Shown: piece by piece, positions 50,981 through 63,186 of the stretch
Layout: each line of letters starts with the position of its first letter
Position numbering within the stretch: position 1 is the stretch's first letter
NCBI GenBank assembly: GCA_965223795.1
Contig: CBDCXL010000001.1
Coordinates: 320,001-384,000 of the forward strand
Direction of reading: 5' to 3'
Source: Nitrospinales bacterium
Lineage (GTDB): Bacteria > Nitrospinota > Nitrospinia > Nitrospinales > VA-1
DNA: 64,000 nucleotides
Notes under the pieces: generated by a model
Databases searched by the model: none
Seen by the model: only the letters and a program-made list of their open reading frames with translations
What the model was told of the DNA's origin: nothing
Program-made: the position numbers and the translations under genes

Positions 50981-51296
50981 TGTTTCCTCCCAGGTGCGGA
51001 AAAAGGAATGAAAGGCTTATTGCGTCGAAACAAAGTGGGAAGAATAATATAAATATGACAACGGGTCAAGCCCGAATTCGGGTAACTTCTTGTAAATACA
51101 GGTTTCCTCAAACCAGCGCCGGAACGCCGCCGCAAAACCCGCTTCCGCAACCCCGCCTGATCGTTTAATAAATAGATTGCAACATGAATGCCGTCCGGCA
51201 GAAAAATTTAACAGTGAGGGTTATCAATCGGTTATCATCGCCTGTTGTGGGATGCGCCTCTGGTTCGTCTCAAACTGAACCCGATTCCGTGCCGGA

Positions 51297-52343
51297 ATGA
51301 AACTGTCCGAATTTGATTTTGAACTTCCGCAGGAGCTGATCGCCCAGGAACCGGCCGATGAACGCGACGGCTCCCGGCTTCTGGTGCTCGACCGCGGCTC
51401 GGAAACCCTGTCGCATGCGGTGTTTTCCGACCTGCCCGGCTTTCTTCCCGGCCGCCCCCTCATGGTGTTCAACGACACGCGCGTGCTTCCGGCCAGGCTC
51501 ATCGGCCACTATGAAGGAAGCGGGAAAAAAGCCGAGCTGCTGCTGGTGCGGGAATGCGAAAAAGACCGCTGGGAGGCGCTGCTGAAGGGCGTGGCGAAGC
51601 TGGAACCGGGAACGCGGTTCGTATTCGGCGAAGGCGCCCTGACCGCGGTGTTCCGCGAGCGGGCGAGGGACCGGGGCGTGTTCGACCTCAACTATGAAGG
51701 GGATCTGGCGGCTGTCCTCAAGCGCATCGCCTACGCGCCGCTGCCGCCGTACATCCGGCGCTCCGGGGACGAACCGGAATCCGCGCGAAGCCGCGATCAG
51801 GACCGCTACCAGACGGTGTACGCCGCAACGGAAGGCGCGATCGCCGCGCCCACGGCGGGACTGCATTTCACGGACGCCATGCTGGACTCCCTGCGCGCGG
51901 ATCACGCCGACACGGTGTTCGTGACGCTGCACGTGGGTGTCGGCACGTTTCAGCCGGTGCGCACGGAAACCGTCACCGATCACAGGATGCAGCCGGAGTC
52001 CTTCCATGTGTCCGCACAGGCGGCGAAGAAACTGCGCGCGGCGAAACAGGCGGGGCAGCCGATCCTGGCCGTGGGCAGCACGTCCACGCGGGTGCTGGAG
52101 TCTCTGGAACTTGAAACGCTGTCAGAAGGGGAAACGTCGGGATGGACGGACCGGTTTTTGTATCCGGGTCAATCCTTCAACAACGTGGATCATCTGCTGA
52201 CAAACTTTCATCTGCCGAAATCCACGCTTTATCTGTTGGTGTGTGCGTTTGCCGGAAAGGAAACGATGGAGAGGGCGTACCGCGAGGCCATCAAAAACGG
52301 GTACCGGTTTTTCAGCTATGGAGACGCCATGTTGATCCTTTAA
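51297..52343 (+). CDS. queA: SAM:tRNA ribosyltransferase-isomerase
   Basis: FDFELP.ELIAQ, PLPPYI, AAPTAGLHF, TNFHLPKST and YRFFSYGDAM motifs. Confidence 0.98.
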   Translation: MKLSEFDFELPQELIAQEPADERDGSRLLVLDRGSETLSHAVFSDLPGFLPGRPLMVFNDTRVLPARLIGHYEGSGKKAELLLVRECEKDRWEALLKGVAKLEPGTRFVFGEGALTAVFRERARDRGVFDLNYEGDLAAVLKRIAYAPLPPYIRRSGDEPESARSRDQDRYQTVYAATEGAIAAPTAGLHFTDAMLDSLRADHADTVFVTLHVGVGTFQPVRTETVTDHRMQPESFHVSAQAAKKLRAAKQAGQPILAVGSTSTRVLESLELETLSEGETSGWTDRFLYPGQSFNNVDHLLTNFHLPKSTLYLLVCAFAGKETMERAYREAIKNGYRFFSYGDAMLIL

Positions 52344-52405
52344 CGTCAGGACCCGAGGCCATGGAGGCGGCTCCAGAGTGAATGCTCAAAGGTGCGGGAA
52401 GGGGG

Positions 52406-52687
52406 TCACCCTTCCTGGTTGACGGCCTGTTTGAAATGTTTCCCGGATTTGAAACGGACGACTTTACGCGCTGTGATTTCAGCCTCTTCACCGGTTTTGG
52501 GGTTTCTGCCCACGCGTTTGGATTTCTGCCGCACCTGGAAGGTGCCAAACCGGCGCAAAATCACAGGCTCGCCATGACCCAGCGATTCCTTGATCAGCTC
52601 AATGACAGTCTCGACAGCTTCTTCGGCTTTGGAACGGGACAGGCTTGCCCTGGAAGAAACTTGATTGATAATATCCTGCTTGGTCAT
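52406..52687 (-). CDS. HU/IHF-family DNA-binding protein
   Basis: MTK.DI, FGTF.V, GRNPKTGE and V.FK motifs. Confidence 0.95.
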   Translation of the reverse strand: MTKQDIINQVSSRASLSRSKAEEAVETVIELIKESLGHGEPVILRRFGTFQVRQKSKRVGRNPKTGEEAEITARKVVRFKSGKHFKQAVNQEG

Positions 52688-53281
52688 GGCCCCTCCTTAA
52701 TGAAGACGTATTAATATTTTTATTTTCAAATTGTTTACGTCGTTCTTCGGCTGTAAACCCTGAGGCCGGCACCCCTGCGAGCCCGGGTTATGGAACCTCC
52801 GAATACCGCCCCTCCTTCAGGAGGGCTAATTGTTCAATATTTGCCTGAAAAACGCAATCAAAATCCGAGAACCAAAGCTGGGGCCGTTTTCATCTGGATG
52901 CCTGCCACGATTTTTGCCCGCAAGGAATCCACCCCAATTCTTAACCTATGGTGATTTACTCACTCTACCACTTATATTAAAAATTTCAATACCTTAATCC
53001 ACTTTTTCCGGTCTTTTTTGCTGTACTCGAATGTTTTCAAATAATTAAGATTAAACTTTTTTAATGAAAATCTCGAAAGCGGTCCCGCGGAAACGGTCTG
53101 AAAAACCGGGGTTTTGCGTTTTCCACGCCGAAATTCCGGAAAAACAGCCGGTAATAATGGCTTAACTTGCTGTTTTTATTAAAATTATTTAATTTTCGCG
53201 GACCGAGGGCTGATGTTCGGATATTCTGAGGGGCGAAATACAGGGGTTTCTACCTGCGGGATGCAGGCGGCCGGGAGGGGG

Positions 53282-53569
53282 TCACTCTTTCTTTTTGACG
53301 ATCTGGTATACGGTTTCGCCGGGCTTGACCCAGTTCAGCTTTTCGCGGGCGATTTTTTCGACGGCCCGGGGATCGGTCTTGAGGCCCTCGATCTCACCGC
53401 GGATGCGGCTGTTTTCGCGGGTCAGCGCTTCGTTGCTCTGTTTGAGCTCAATGATCTCTTCTTCCAGCTCGAACACGGTGAGGATGCCGTCGTCATGAAA
53501 CACGGCGACGAGGAGCATCACGATGAAGAACAGGAGTCCGAATACGAGGCTTTGCTTGTAGAGATTCAT
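53282..53569 (-). CDS. ftsB: Septum formation initiator (FtsB/DivIC family)
   Basis: TM helix plus coiled coil and E.IARE.L..VKPGE. Lies downstream of eno. Confidence 0.88.
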   Translation of the reverse strand: MNLYKQSLVFGLLFFIVMLLVAVFHDDGILTVFELEEEIIELKQSNEALTRENSRIRGEIEGLKTDPRAVEKIAREKLNWVKPGETVYQIVKKKE

Positions 53570-53639
53570 GGGTGTGGGTGGGGGCTCTCCTTTGCGCCGG
53601 CCGGCGGGTTGGATGGGGAGCGGGGAATAAACGCCGGCG

Positions 53640-54947
<1,308 letters not shown>

Positions 54948-56237
54948 TCAGCCCCGCGCTTGTTTCAGGGCGTTGTGATTGGCTTGGATGGTTTTTTCGA
55001 TATCGTCATCGGTATGAACGGCCGACATGAATCCCGCCTCGAACTGGGACGGCGCGATGTAGACGCCTTCCTCGAGCAGGGCGTTGAAGTAGCGCTGGAA
55101 CAGGCCGGTGTCGCAGGATTTGACGGAGTTGAAATCGACGATGTCCTCGCCGGTGAAAAACATGGAGAACATCGAGCCGATGCGGGTGAATTGCGCCTCG
55201 ACGCCGAGCTTCCCGGCGTTTTCCTTCAAGCCTGTGCAGAGGGCATCGGCTTTCTTTTCCAGGTCTTCGTACACGCCCGCGCCGCTCAGAAGATCGAGCA
55301 TCTGGTTGCCGGCGGCCATCGCCAGAGGATTGCCGGACAGGGTGCCCGCCTGGTACACCGCGCCGGTCGGGGCGATCCGGTCCATCCATTTTTTGGCGCC
55401 GCCGTACGCGCCCACGGGCAGCCCGCCGCCGATGATCTTGCCGAGGCAGGTGAGGTCGGGCGTGACGCCGTACAGCGCCTGCGCGCCGCCGAGGCCGACG
55501 CGGAAGCCGGTGATGACTTCGTCAAAGATCAGCAGCGCGCCGGCTTTTTCGGTGACGGCACGCAGGGTTTCGAGAAAGCCGGGCCTGGGCGGCACGACGC
55601 CCATGTTGCCGCCGATGGGTTCGACGATGACGCAGGCGATGCCCTCCCCTTCTTTGGCGAACAGATCCTCGACTGCCTTCGCGTCGTTGAACGGCAGGTT
55701 CAGGGTGTTCTTTGCCAGGTCGGCGACGATGCCGGGGCATTCGGGGATGCCCAGGGAGGCGAGGCCGGAACCCGCCTTGACGAGCAGGCTGTCGCCGTGA
55801 CCGTGGTAGCAGCCCTCGAATTTCAAGATCTTGTCGCGTCCCGTCGCGCCGCGCGCCAGGCGGATGGCGCTCATCACCGCTTCGGTGCCGGAGTTGACCA
55901 TGCGCACCACGTCGATCGACGGCACGGCGCTGACAACCTTTTCGGCGAGTTCGATCTCCAGTTCGGTGGAGGCGCCGTAGCTGGTGCCGCGCGCCGCCTG
56001 TTTCTGCACGGCGGCGACGATGTCCGGATGGGCGTGGCCGAAGATCAGCGGCCCCCAGGACGCCACGTAGTCGATGAAGGCGTTGCCGTCCACATCGTAG
56101 ATGCGCGCGCCTTCGGCGCGGTCGATAAAAATCGGGTTGCCCCCAACGGCCTTGAACGCGCGGACGGGACTGTTGACGCCGCCCGGCATGACCTTCCGGG
56201 CGCGGGAAAAAAACGTTTCGGATTGTTTACGATTCAC
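54948..56237 (-). CDS. hemL: Glutamate-1-semialdehyde 2,1-aminomutase
   Basis: [36 protein letters not shown] and PSQFE motifs. Confidence 0.97.
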   Translation of the reverse strand: MNRKQSETFFSRARKVMPGGVNSPVRAFKAVGGNPIFIDRAEGARIYDVDGNAFIDYVASWGPLIFGHAHPDIVAAVQKQAARGTSYGASTELEIELAEKVVSAVPSIDVVRMVNSGTEAVMSAIRLARGATGRDKILKFEGCYHGHGDSLLVKAGSGLASLGIPECPGIVADLAKNTLNLPFNDAKAVEDLFAKEGEGIACVIVEPIGGNMGVVPPRPGFLETLRAVTEKAGALLIFDEVITGFRVGLGGAQALYGVTPDLTCLGKIIGGGLPVGAYGGAKKWMDRIAPTGAVYQAGTLSGNPLAMAAGNQMLDLLSGAGVYEDLEKKADALCTGLKENAGKLGVEAQFTRIGSMFSMFFTGEDIVDFNSVKSCDTGLFQRYFNALLEEGVYIAPSQFEAGFMSAVHTDDDIEKTIQANHNALKQARG

Positions 56238-56328
56238 TTTTCCTGGGACCTTTGTGGATTCAATCATTCACTTGGGGCAACTCAGCGGCCTTCATTTCAT
56301 GCCGGCCGTTTCGTGCCCAAAATCGACT

Positions 56329-57195
56329 TCAGTTTTTTCCTGAGTTGCCAAACAAAAGGGCGAGGTCTTCTCTGAGTCCGGCGGGGATCCGCCTGGGATC
56401 CGTGATGACGGCGTGGGCGGCGGCGGAGCCGCAGGCGCAGCTTCGCTCCGGCTGCAACGCAGTCACGATTTCCTTCAGCACGACCTGAGCGCGTTCGACA
56501 TTTTTGTGCATGATTTCCAGCACGGCTTCCACGGTGACGGCTTCCTCCTCGACGTGCCAGCAGTCGTAGTCCGTGACCAGCGCCAGCGTAGCGTAGCAGA
56601 TTCCGGCTTCCCGCGCCAGTTTTGCCTCGGTGACGTTGGTCATGCCGATGATATCGACGCCCCACTGGCGGTACAGGTGCGACTCGGCGCGGGTCGAAAA
56701 CTGCGGCCCTTCGATGCAGATGTAGGTGCCGCCTTCATGCACCTGGGTGCCGGACTGCTTCGCCGCCGCGGTCAGCCAGGCCGCCAGCTCAGAGCATATG
56801 GGGTCGGCGAAGCCGACGTGCCCGACCATGCCGGTGGTGAAGAACGTGCCGATGCGGCGGGTCGTGCGGTCGATGAACTGGTCCGGAATGGCGAAATGTC
56901 CGGGGGCGATGCCTTCCTTCATGCTGCCCACGGCGCTCACCGAGACGATCCGCCGGATGCCGAGCTTTTTCAGGGCGAAGATGTTGGCGCGGAAGTTGAT
57001 CTCGGAGGGCGGGATGACGTGGCCGCTGCCGTGGCGCGGCAGAAAGGCGATCGATCTGCCGTTGAGCTCACCCATCACCACTTCGTCGGAGGGACTGCCG
57101 AAAGGCGTGTCGACGGCGACGCGCTCGCGCACGGTCAATTCTTTCATTTGATACAGGCCGCTGCCTCCGATCACTCCCAGTGTGTCTGCGCTCAT
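56329..57195 (-). CDS. mtnP: S-methyl-5'-thioadenosine phosphorylase
   Basis: IGGSG, RHG..H, EGPQFSTRAES, GMT..EAKLAREA and TDYDCW motifs. Confidence 0.95.
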   Translation of the reverse strand: MSADTLGVIGGSGLYQMKELTVRERVAVDTPFGSPSDEVVMGELNGRSIAFLPRHGSGHVIPPSEINFRANIFALKKLGIRRIVSVSAVGSMKEGIAPGHFAIPDQFIDRTTRRIGTFFTTGMVGHVGFADPICSELAAWLTAAAKQSGTQVHEGGTYICIEGPQFSTRAESHLYRQWGVDIIGMTNVTEAKLAREAGICYATLALVTDYDCWHVEEEAVTVEAVLEIMHKNVERAQVVLKEIVTALQPERSCACGSAAAHAVITDPRRIPAGLREDLALLFGNSGKN

Positions 57196-57335
57196 GGTCC
57201 GTCTCCTCGCTCGCTGATGGCTGATGGGCCCTTACTATAAACCAAGAGGCGGGAATTTCCCAAATCGCCGCCCTCGTCCCCGCCGCTGCGGGGGGAAGCT
57301 GTCGTGTTGAATGGAAGAAGGTTGCGGGAGGCGGG

Positions 57336-59624
57336 TCAATCGGATTCGAGCGAGGGCTTTTTGTTTTCAGCCTGGCTCAGCAGAAACTTCAGCTCGGCGA
57401 TCTGGTCGCCGGCGAGGCGGATGGTGGATTCCTCTTTCTTCAGGCTCTGGATCTTCATGTTGACGTCCTCGGCGAGCAGGTTGAGCCCGCTCAGGCGCTT
57501 GTCGACGTCGTCGAGCATGTCGATCTTGTTGTTGAGCGTGTCGATCTTGGACTGCGCCTCCTCGGTGACCGCGTTGAGCTTCTCGATGTTAAGGTTGATC
57601 TTGTTGAGGTTGTCGCGCTCTTTGTCGATGCGTTTCTTTTCCGAGTTGACGCGGGTGATGACGGTGTCGAGCCGGGACAGGGCGAGCTGGGTCTCGCGCA
57701 CTTTTTCCTCGCCCGCGCTGACCTGCTTGGTGCGTTTTTCCACCTGATTCATCAGGTTGTTGAGCTGCTCGATCTTCTTCTCCGCCTGCAGGATGAACTC
57801 CTCCTTGTCGTCGAGCACTTCCTGGCGGACCTTGAGGTCCTTGATGACGTCGTTGAGCTCGCTAAGCCGTTTTTCGATCATGCCGACCTGACCGGCCTCG
57901 CGGTTCAGCGTTTCGATCTTGGATTCGAAATTCGAAGCCACCTGGCCCAGCTCCTCGCGGATCGTGCTGATGCGGCTGATCTCATCCTTGGAGTCGTGCA
58001 ATTCCTTGAACTTGGAGCGCAGCTCGATTTCCAAAACACTCTGCTTGGAGGTCAGGTTGTTCATGCGTTTTTCCTGATCGTCGATGGCGGACTTTTCCTT
58101 GGCGATGTCCAGGATCTTCTCCTCGACGGAATTGGCCATCGATTTGAGCCCTTCCAGTTTCTGGTCGATTTTTTCGAGAAAGTCGATCTTCTTGCTCACC
58201 TTGGCGATCTTGATGTTGGCTTCCTCGATGAAGAAATCCAGCCCGTCGACTTTCTTTTCCAGCTTTTCGATCAGGGCCTTGCGCTGCATCTGGGTTTCCA
58301 TTTTCACGTCCAGGCTGATCACCATCGAGCTCAGGTCGTTGATCTTTTTGTCCACCTGATCGACCAGGTTCTGCTTGCGGATGATCTCGTCCATCTGCAG
58401 CCGGGTCGATTCGCCGACTTCCTCGATCTGGTGCAGCACACCCTTGATGGCGTCCACCTTGTGGATCTCCGCGTCGAGCCGGCTGACCTTGGATTCCGCT
58501 TCCTCGGCCATCACGTTGAAGCGGTTCATCTTTTCGTTGGCGGCGTCGATGTTCTTCATCTCCTCCTTGAGCAGCATCATCTTGTTGCTCAGGTTGTCCA
58601 TGAGGAAGGAGTTGAGCTTGTTGATCTTGTCCTCGGTCTTTTCGATGATGGCCTTTTCGTCGAGGATCTTGGTGATCTTGGTCTCCACGTCCACCGCCAT
58701 GGCGTCGAGGTCGCGCAGGCGGCCGCTGATGCTGCGGATCATCTCGTTCTTGACGGCGATGTTCTTGGACTCGACCTTGAGGTCGCTGATCTCGCCGCCG
58801 ATGCGCGTCAGCGCGTCCTGGGTTTCGTGCACGATGTGGGTCTGGCCGAGCAGCTTCTCATAATCCTCGCGCACGATTTCCAGGGTCTGCTTCAACTCTT
58901 CGGTGTCGCGGGCGTAACCGGAGATCGATTCCTTTTCGCGGTGGATGTGCTGGAACTTTTTGTCCAGCTCCTTGACGATCTGCTGCATCTCGCTGACCTG
59001 GACGGAGCCGTTTTTCATCATCTCCTTGAAGCTGGCGACTTCCTCGATCTTGTCGGAAACCTGATCGAGCATGTTCTCCAGGCGGCTGATGCCCCGTTCG
59101 GCGTTTTTGATCAGCTTGTTTTCTTCCTTGAGCTTCTTGACCTTGGTGTCCATGTCCCAGATCAGGACATTGAGGCGGCCGGCGTCCTCGTTGGCCTTTT
59201 CCACCAGCCCGCGCTGCTGGTGCAGGCTCTTGATCTTATGGTCGATGTGCTCGCTGAGCAGGTGCATCTCGTCGAGCTCGCGCTTCAGCGAATTGTAGTT
59301 CGACTCCAGTTCCTTGGAGATGCGCTGAAATTCCCGCACGCGCACGTCGAAGGTCTTGATGTCGTCCATCCTGTGGTCGAAACTGTCCAGCCGCTTGAGG
59401 GTGTCGGGAATCTGCGAGGCCATGCGCTCGAAGAAATGCTTTTTTTCGTCGAGGTCCTCGGACTGCTGTTCGAAATACTCGACCAGCAGTTGCAGGTTCT
59501 TGCGCTCGTGCGCCGCGGTCTCGAGCAAGTCCTTGAATTCCCTGGTGCTGAAATTCTCCGGTTCGAGCGGGCGGTCCCGGTCCAAATCCGAGCCGGGTCT
59601 GTAGGATTCTGGTTTATCTGGCAT
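57336..59624 (-). CDS. Long coiled-coil protein made of about 20 tandem 31-residue units
   Basis: 762 aa, K/E/I/L-rich. No TM, Walker motif or hinge seen. The 31-aa periodicity was counted by hand. Confidence 0.85.
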   Translation of the reverse strand: MPDKPESYRPGSDLDRDRPLEPENFSTREFKDLLETAAHERKNLQLLVEYFEQQSEDLDEKKHFFERMASQIPDTLKRLDSFDHRMDDIKTFDVRVREFQRISKELESNYNSLKRELDEMHLLSEHIDHKIKSLHQQRGLVEKANEDAGRLNVLIWDMDTKVKKLKEENKLIKNAERGISRLENMLDQVSDKIEEVASFKEMMKNGSVQVSEMQQIVKELDKKFQHIHREKESISGYARDTEELKQTLEIVREDYEKLLGQTHIVHETQDALTRIGGEISDLKVESKNIAVKNEMIRSISGRLRDLDAMAVDVETKITKILDEKAIIEKTEDKINKLNSFLMDNLSNKMMLLKEEMKNIDAANEKMNRFNVMAEEAESKVSRLDAEIHKVDAIKGVLHQIEEVGESTRLQMDEIIRKQNLVDQVDKKINDLSSMVISLDVKMETQMQRKALIEKLEKKVDGLDFFIEEANIKIAKVSKKIDFLEKIDQKLEGLKSMANSVEEKILDIAKEKSAIDDQEKRMNNLTSKQSVLEIELRSKFKELHDSKDEISRISTIREELGQVASNFESKIETLNREAGQVGMIEKRLSELNDVIKDLKVRQEVLDDKEEFILQAEKKIEQLNNLMNQVEKRTKQVSAGEEKVRETQLALSRLDTVITRVNSEKKRIDKERDNLNKINLNIEKLNAVTEEAQSKIDTLNNKIDMLDDVDKRLSGLNLLAEDVNMKIQSLKKEESTIRLAGDQIAELKFLLSQAENKKPSLESD

Positions 59625-59723
59625 GGTGGTTCCTGATGAATCTAGGGATGGATATGACGGAGGACAAAAAACGGCCCAATATTTATATGCTTATCGTCCG
59701 AATTTCTATAAGGTTTAGAGGAA

Positions 59724-60746
59724 TCAAGAAGATTTGCCGGTGAGGATTTCCGCGATCTGCACCGCATTGAGCGCGGCGCCTTTGCGCAGGTTGTCCGACA
59801 CCACCCAGAAATTGACCGCGTTTTCGCGGGATATGTCGTTGCGGATGCGGCCCACGTAGACCGCGTCCCTGCCCCCGGCTTCGGTGGCCAGCGGATAGGC
59901 GTTGTCCTCCGGCGCGTCCACCAGTTCGATGCCGGGGCTCTGCTTCAGAAGATGCTTGATGTCCCCCGCGGAGGCGGGCTTTTCGGTTTCCACGTTGACC
60001 GACTCGGAATGCGAGTAAAACACGGGAACGCGCACGGTGGTCGGGGACACCTGGATCGACTCGTCGCCGAGGATCTTGCGGGTTTCGTTGACCATTTTCA
60101 TCTCTTCTTTGGTGTAGCCGTTGTCGAGGAAGACGTCGATGTGCGGCAGGCAGTTGAACGCGATCTGGTGCGGATACACCTGCTTCTCCACGGTCTGGTC
60201 GTTGAGGATCTGCAGGGACTGGGTGGCCAGCTCGGCGACGGCTTTCTGGCCGGAACCGGACACCGACTGGTAGGTGGAGACGACGACCCGGCGGATGCGG
60301 TATTGCCTGTGTATGGGATTGAGCGCCACCACCATCTGGATGGTCGAGCAGTTGGGGTTGGCGATGATGCCTTTGTGGCCGCCGATGGCATCGGCGTTGA
60401 CTTCGGGCACGACCAGCGGCACGTCCGGCTCCATGCGGAAGGCGCTGCTGTTGTCGATGACGACGCAGCCGGACTTGACGGCGAACGGCGCGAACTGCTT
60501 GCTGATCGACCCTCCGGCGGAGAACAGGGCGATATCCATGCCCTCGAATGAATTTTCCTTCATTTCCAGAACCGGGTGTTCCTGTCCCTTAAACGGCAGG
60601 GTCTGGCCGGCGGATCGCGCCGAAGCGAGCAGCCTGAGCTGATCGATGGGGAACTTCCGCTCTTCCAGGATGGACAGCATCCTGCGTCCGACGGCGCCGG
60701 TGGCGCCGGCGATGGCGACGTTGTAGCGTTCTTTTCTGGCGATCAT
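59724..60746 (-). CDS. asd: Aspartate-semialdehyde dehydrogenase
   Basis: GATGAVG, IANPNCST, QSVSGSG and DNLRKGAALN motifs. Confidence 0.97.
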   Translation of the reverse strand: MIARKERYNVAIAGATGAVGRRMLSILEERKFPIDQLRLLASARSAGQTLPFKGQEHPVLEMKENSFEGMDIALFSAGGSISKQFAPFAVKSGCVVIDNSSAFRMEPDVPLVVPEVNADAIGGHKGIIANPNCSTIQMVVALNPIHRQYRIRRVVVSTYQSVSGSGQKAVAELATQSLQILNDQTVEKQVYPHQIAFNCLPHIDVFLDNGYTKEEMKMVNETRKILGDESIQVSPTTVRVPVFYSHSESVNVETEKPASAGDIKHLLKQSPGIELVDAPEDNAYPLATEAGGRDAVYVGRIRNDISRENAVNFWVVSDNLRKGAALNAVQIAEILTGKSS

Positions 60747-60753
60747 GGCGATT

Positions 60754-61845
60754 TCACCCGGTTGATTTTTCCAGTTCCTCGATCACGAGGTCTCCCATTT
60801 TACGGGTCCCGACTTCCTGCATGCCATCGGAAAGGATGTCGGGCGTGCGGAATCCCCTGTCGAGCACCGCCTCCACCGCCCGCTCGATCCAGGCGTTGGG
60901 CTCCTCCATACCGAGGGAATATTTGAACAGCATGCCGACGGACAGGATGGTGGCCAGCGGGTTGGCGCAGTCCTTTCCGGCGATGTCCGGTGCGCTGCCG
61001 TGGATCGGCTCGTACATGCCGGTCTCGCCGCCGAGGCTGGCCGAGGGCAGCATGCCGATGGAACCGGTCAGCATCGAGGCTTCGTCGCTCAGGATGTCGC
61101 CGAACATATTGGTGGTCACGATGACGTCGAACTGTTTGGGGCGGCGCACCAGCTGCATGGCACAGTTGTCCACGTACATATGGTCGAGCGCGACGCCGGG
61201 ATAATCGGCGTGGGTGCGGGTCACCACCTCGCGCCACAGGCCGGTGGTCTCCAGCACATTGGCCTTGTCCACCGACATCACCCGCTTGTTGCGTTTCTGC
61301 GCGACCTCGAACGCGATGCGGGCGATGCGCTCGATCTCCGCCTCGGTGTAGACCAGGGTGTTGATTCCCCGGCGCGTGCCGTCGGGCAGGGTCTCGATGC
61401 CGCGCGGCTCGCCGAAGTAGATGCCGCCGGTCAGCTCGCGCACCACCAGGATGTCGAGCCCCTCGACCAGCTCGCGCTTGAGCGACGAGGCGTCGGCCAG
61501 GGCCGGGAAGATCTTGGCCGGGCGGAGATTGGCGTACAGCTTGAGCGACGAGCGCAGTCCCAGAAGCGCCCGTTCCGGCCGCAGGGAGAAATCCAGGCTT
61601 TCCCATTTGGGCCCGCCGACCGCGCCGAGCAGCACGGCGTCCGCATCCTGCGCCGCCTTGAGGGAGGCTTCCGGAAGGGGATGGCCTTCCGCTTCGTAGC
61701 CGGCGCCGCCCACCGGGACTTCGTTTTTTTCGATTTTGAGGCCCAGCTTCGCTTCGAGCACGGCCAGAACCTTCAACGCCTCGGCGATGACTTCCGGGCC
61801 GATGCCGTCTCCCGGCAGCACGGCGATGGTGTGTGTGTCCGTCAT
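60754..61845 (-). CDS. leuB: 3-isopropylmalate dehydrogenase
   Basis: [26 protein letters not shown] and HGSAPDIAG motifs. Confidence 0.97.
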   Translation of the reverse strand: MTDTHTIAVLPGDGIGPEVIAEALKVLAVLEAKLGLKIEKNEVPVGGAGYEAEGHPLPEASLKAAQDADAVLLGAVGGPKWESLDFSLRPERALLGLRSSLKLYANLRPAKIFPALADASSLKRELVEGLDILVVRELTGGIYFGEPRGIETLPDGTRRGINTLVYTEAEIERIARIAFEVAQKRNKRVMSVDKANVLETTGLWREVVTRTHADYPGVALDHMYVDNCAMQLVRRPKQFDVIVTTNMFGDILSDEASMLTGSIGMLPSASLGGETGMYEPIHGSAPDIAGKDCANPLATILSVGMLFKYSLGMEEPNAWIERAVEAVLDRGFRTPDILSDGMQEVGTRKMGDLVIEELEKSTG

Positions 61846-62145
61846 AGGTGTTCCGATGAATTCAATAAAAGGAGGCGAAAACCCGCCGTGAAAACGATTC
61901 AGTATATCCGTAGAATGGCGGTTGTAAATGATTTTTTAACGCTTTCGTCTGGACGGGCCTGCCCTGAACTGCATGCCTGAGCGGGCGCAGATTTGTTCCC
62001 GATTCCGATAGTGCGTTGCCCTGATGCAGGATTTTTACGGCCGATTTGGAATTGCAGTGCCTGTGCACGGCTTGATAGGGTAAAATGTCTCATCCAAAAT
62101 CAATGTGTATGAATTGAGTCAAGTTCGATGCAAGGAGCTGTTGTC

Positions 62146-62628
62146 ATGAATATCGCTCTCCTTTCCATGCTGCTGGGGTCGGTCCTCACCGGGGCGGGGC
62201 CCGATACCATACAGGGTTACGCGGGCTTTCAGTTCGGCATGACTCTGGAAGAAGCGGACCGGGTGCGGCCCGATGACAAGATCACCGATTGCGAGTACGA
62301 GGACGACACCACGAGCAGCGATTCCAAATGCCTGGAGTACACCGACCGGTACCAGGGCGTGCCGAGCCGGTTTCTGGTGCAGTTCAACGAAAAAACCCAG
62401 CTCGTCGACCGGATCATCGTCATCGTCGACGCGATGGGCGACTGCGCCGATACGGTGGAGCTGGTGCACGAAAATCTGGCCGAGGATTACGGCCCCTCCC
62501 AGGCGGGCAACACGCGCAATAGGATCTGGCTGGACAAGGCGGGCGGCTCGGTGAAACTGTCGCATATGTGCGTGCGTGAAACGATGGGCATGGTGATCGT
62601 CACTTACAATGAAAATGCGCATTCCTGA
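62146..62628 (+). CDS. Hypothetical exported protein (Cys-containing)
   Basis: AAGGAG RBS, signal-like N-terminus, GY.GF.FGM motif and 4 Cys. Confidence 0.65.
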   Translation: MNIALLSMLLGSVLTGAGPDTIQGYAGFQFGMTLEEADRVRPDDKITDCEYEDDTTSSDSKCLEYTDRYQGVPSRFLVQFNEKTQLVDRIIVIVDAMGDCADTVELVHENLAEDYGPSQAGNTRNRIWLDKAGGSVKLSHMCVRETMGMVIVTYNENAHS

Positions 62629-63097
62629 CCGCTTTCCACATTTTCGCCGGCGTGCGATACGTTTTCCCGTGTCCGGCGCCGTCCTGCGCGTTTTTGCGCT
62701 GCTTGGGCTGCTGCTGTTCGGACCGGCGCTCTCGGCCTGGGCGGCGGGCAAGATCGAACTCAAGATCGACAAGGTGTACACCAACGAGATGGGCTGGCCA
62801 CATGCGGACGTGACCGTGACCAACAGCGCCGGCAAGGGATTGTACTCGGTGGACGTGGAATGCCACTGGACGAAGGACGGCACGCTGGTGGCGCGCGGCA
62901 TCCGCACCTACTTCAACCTGCCGGACGGCTGGAGCGATTCGGAAAAGGTTTACGACATCAAGAACGTCCGCTTCGACCGGGTGAAATGCCACATCCCGTC
63001 TTTCATGACCAACGATCAGAGGCAGGAATCCGAGCAGAAATTCGGCAAGGGGCTCACCCAGTTGAAAGACACGCTCAAGCAGCTGCAGAAGGATTGA
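62609..63097 (+). CDS. Hypothetical exported beta-rich protein
   Basis: Signal peptide ending AWA, V.V.N...V.VEC pattern and 2 Cys. Confidence 0.65.
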   Translation: MKMRIPDRFPHFRRRAIRFPVSGAVLRVFALLGLLLFGPALSAWAAGKIELKIDKVYTNEMGWPHADVTVTNSAGKGLYSVDVECHWTKDGTLVARGIRTYFNLPDGWSDSEKVYDIKNVRFDRVKCHIPSFMTNDQRQESEQKFGKGLTQLKDTLKQLQKD

Positions 63098-63186
63098 ACA
63101 CGCACTTCCCCGCCTTGATTTGACCCGGCCGCCGTGCTATAGGAAAGGCCCATGAACGGCATCCCTTCCTTCTTTGTCTCCCGCAC

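Noticed and set aside
57336..59624. SMC/SbcC ATPase or phage tape-measure protein
   Set aside because: No Walker A/B, signature motif or hinge, and no phage genes nearby.
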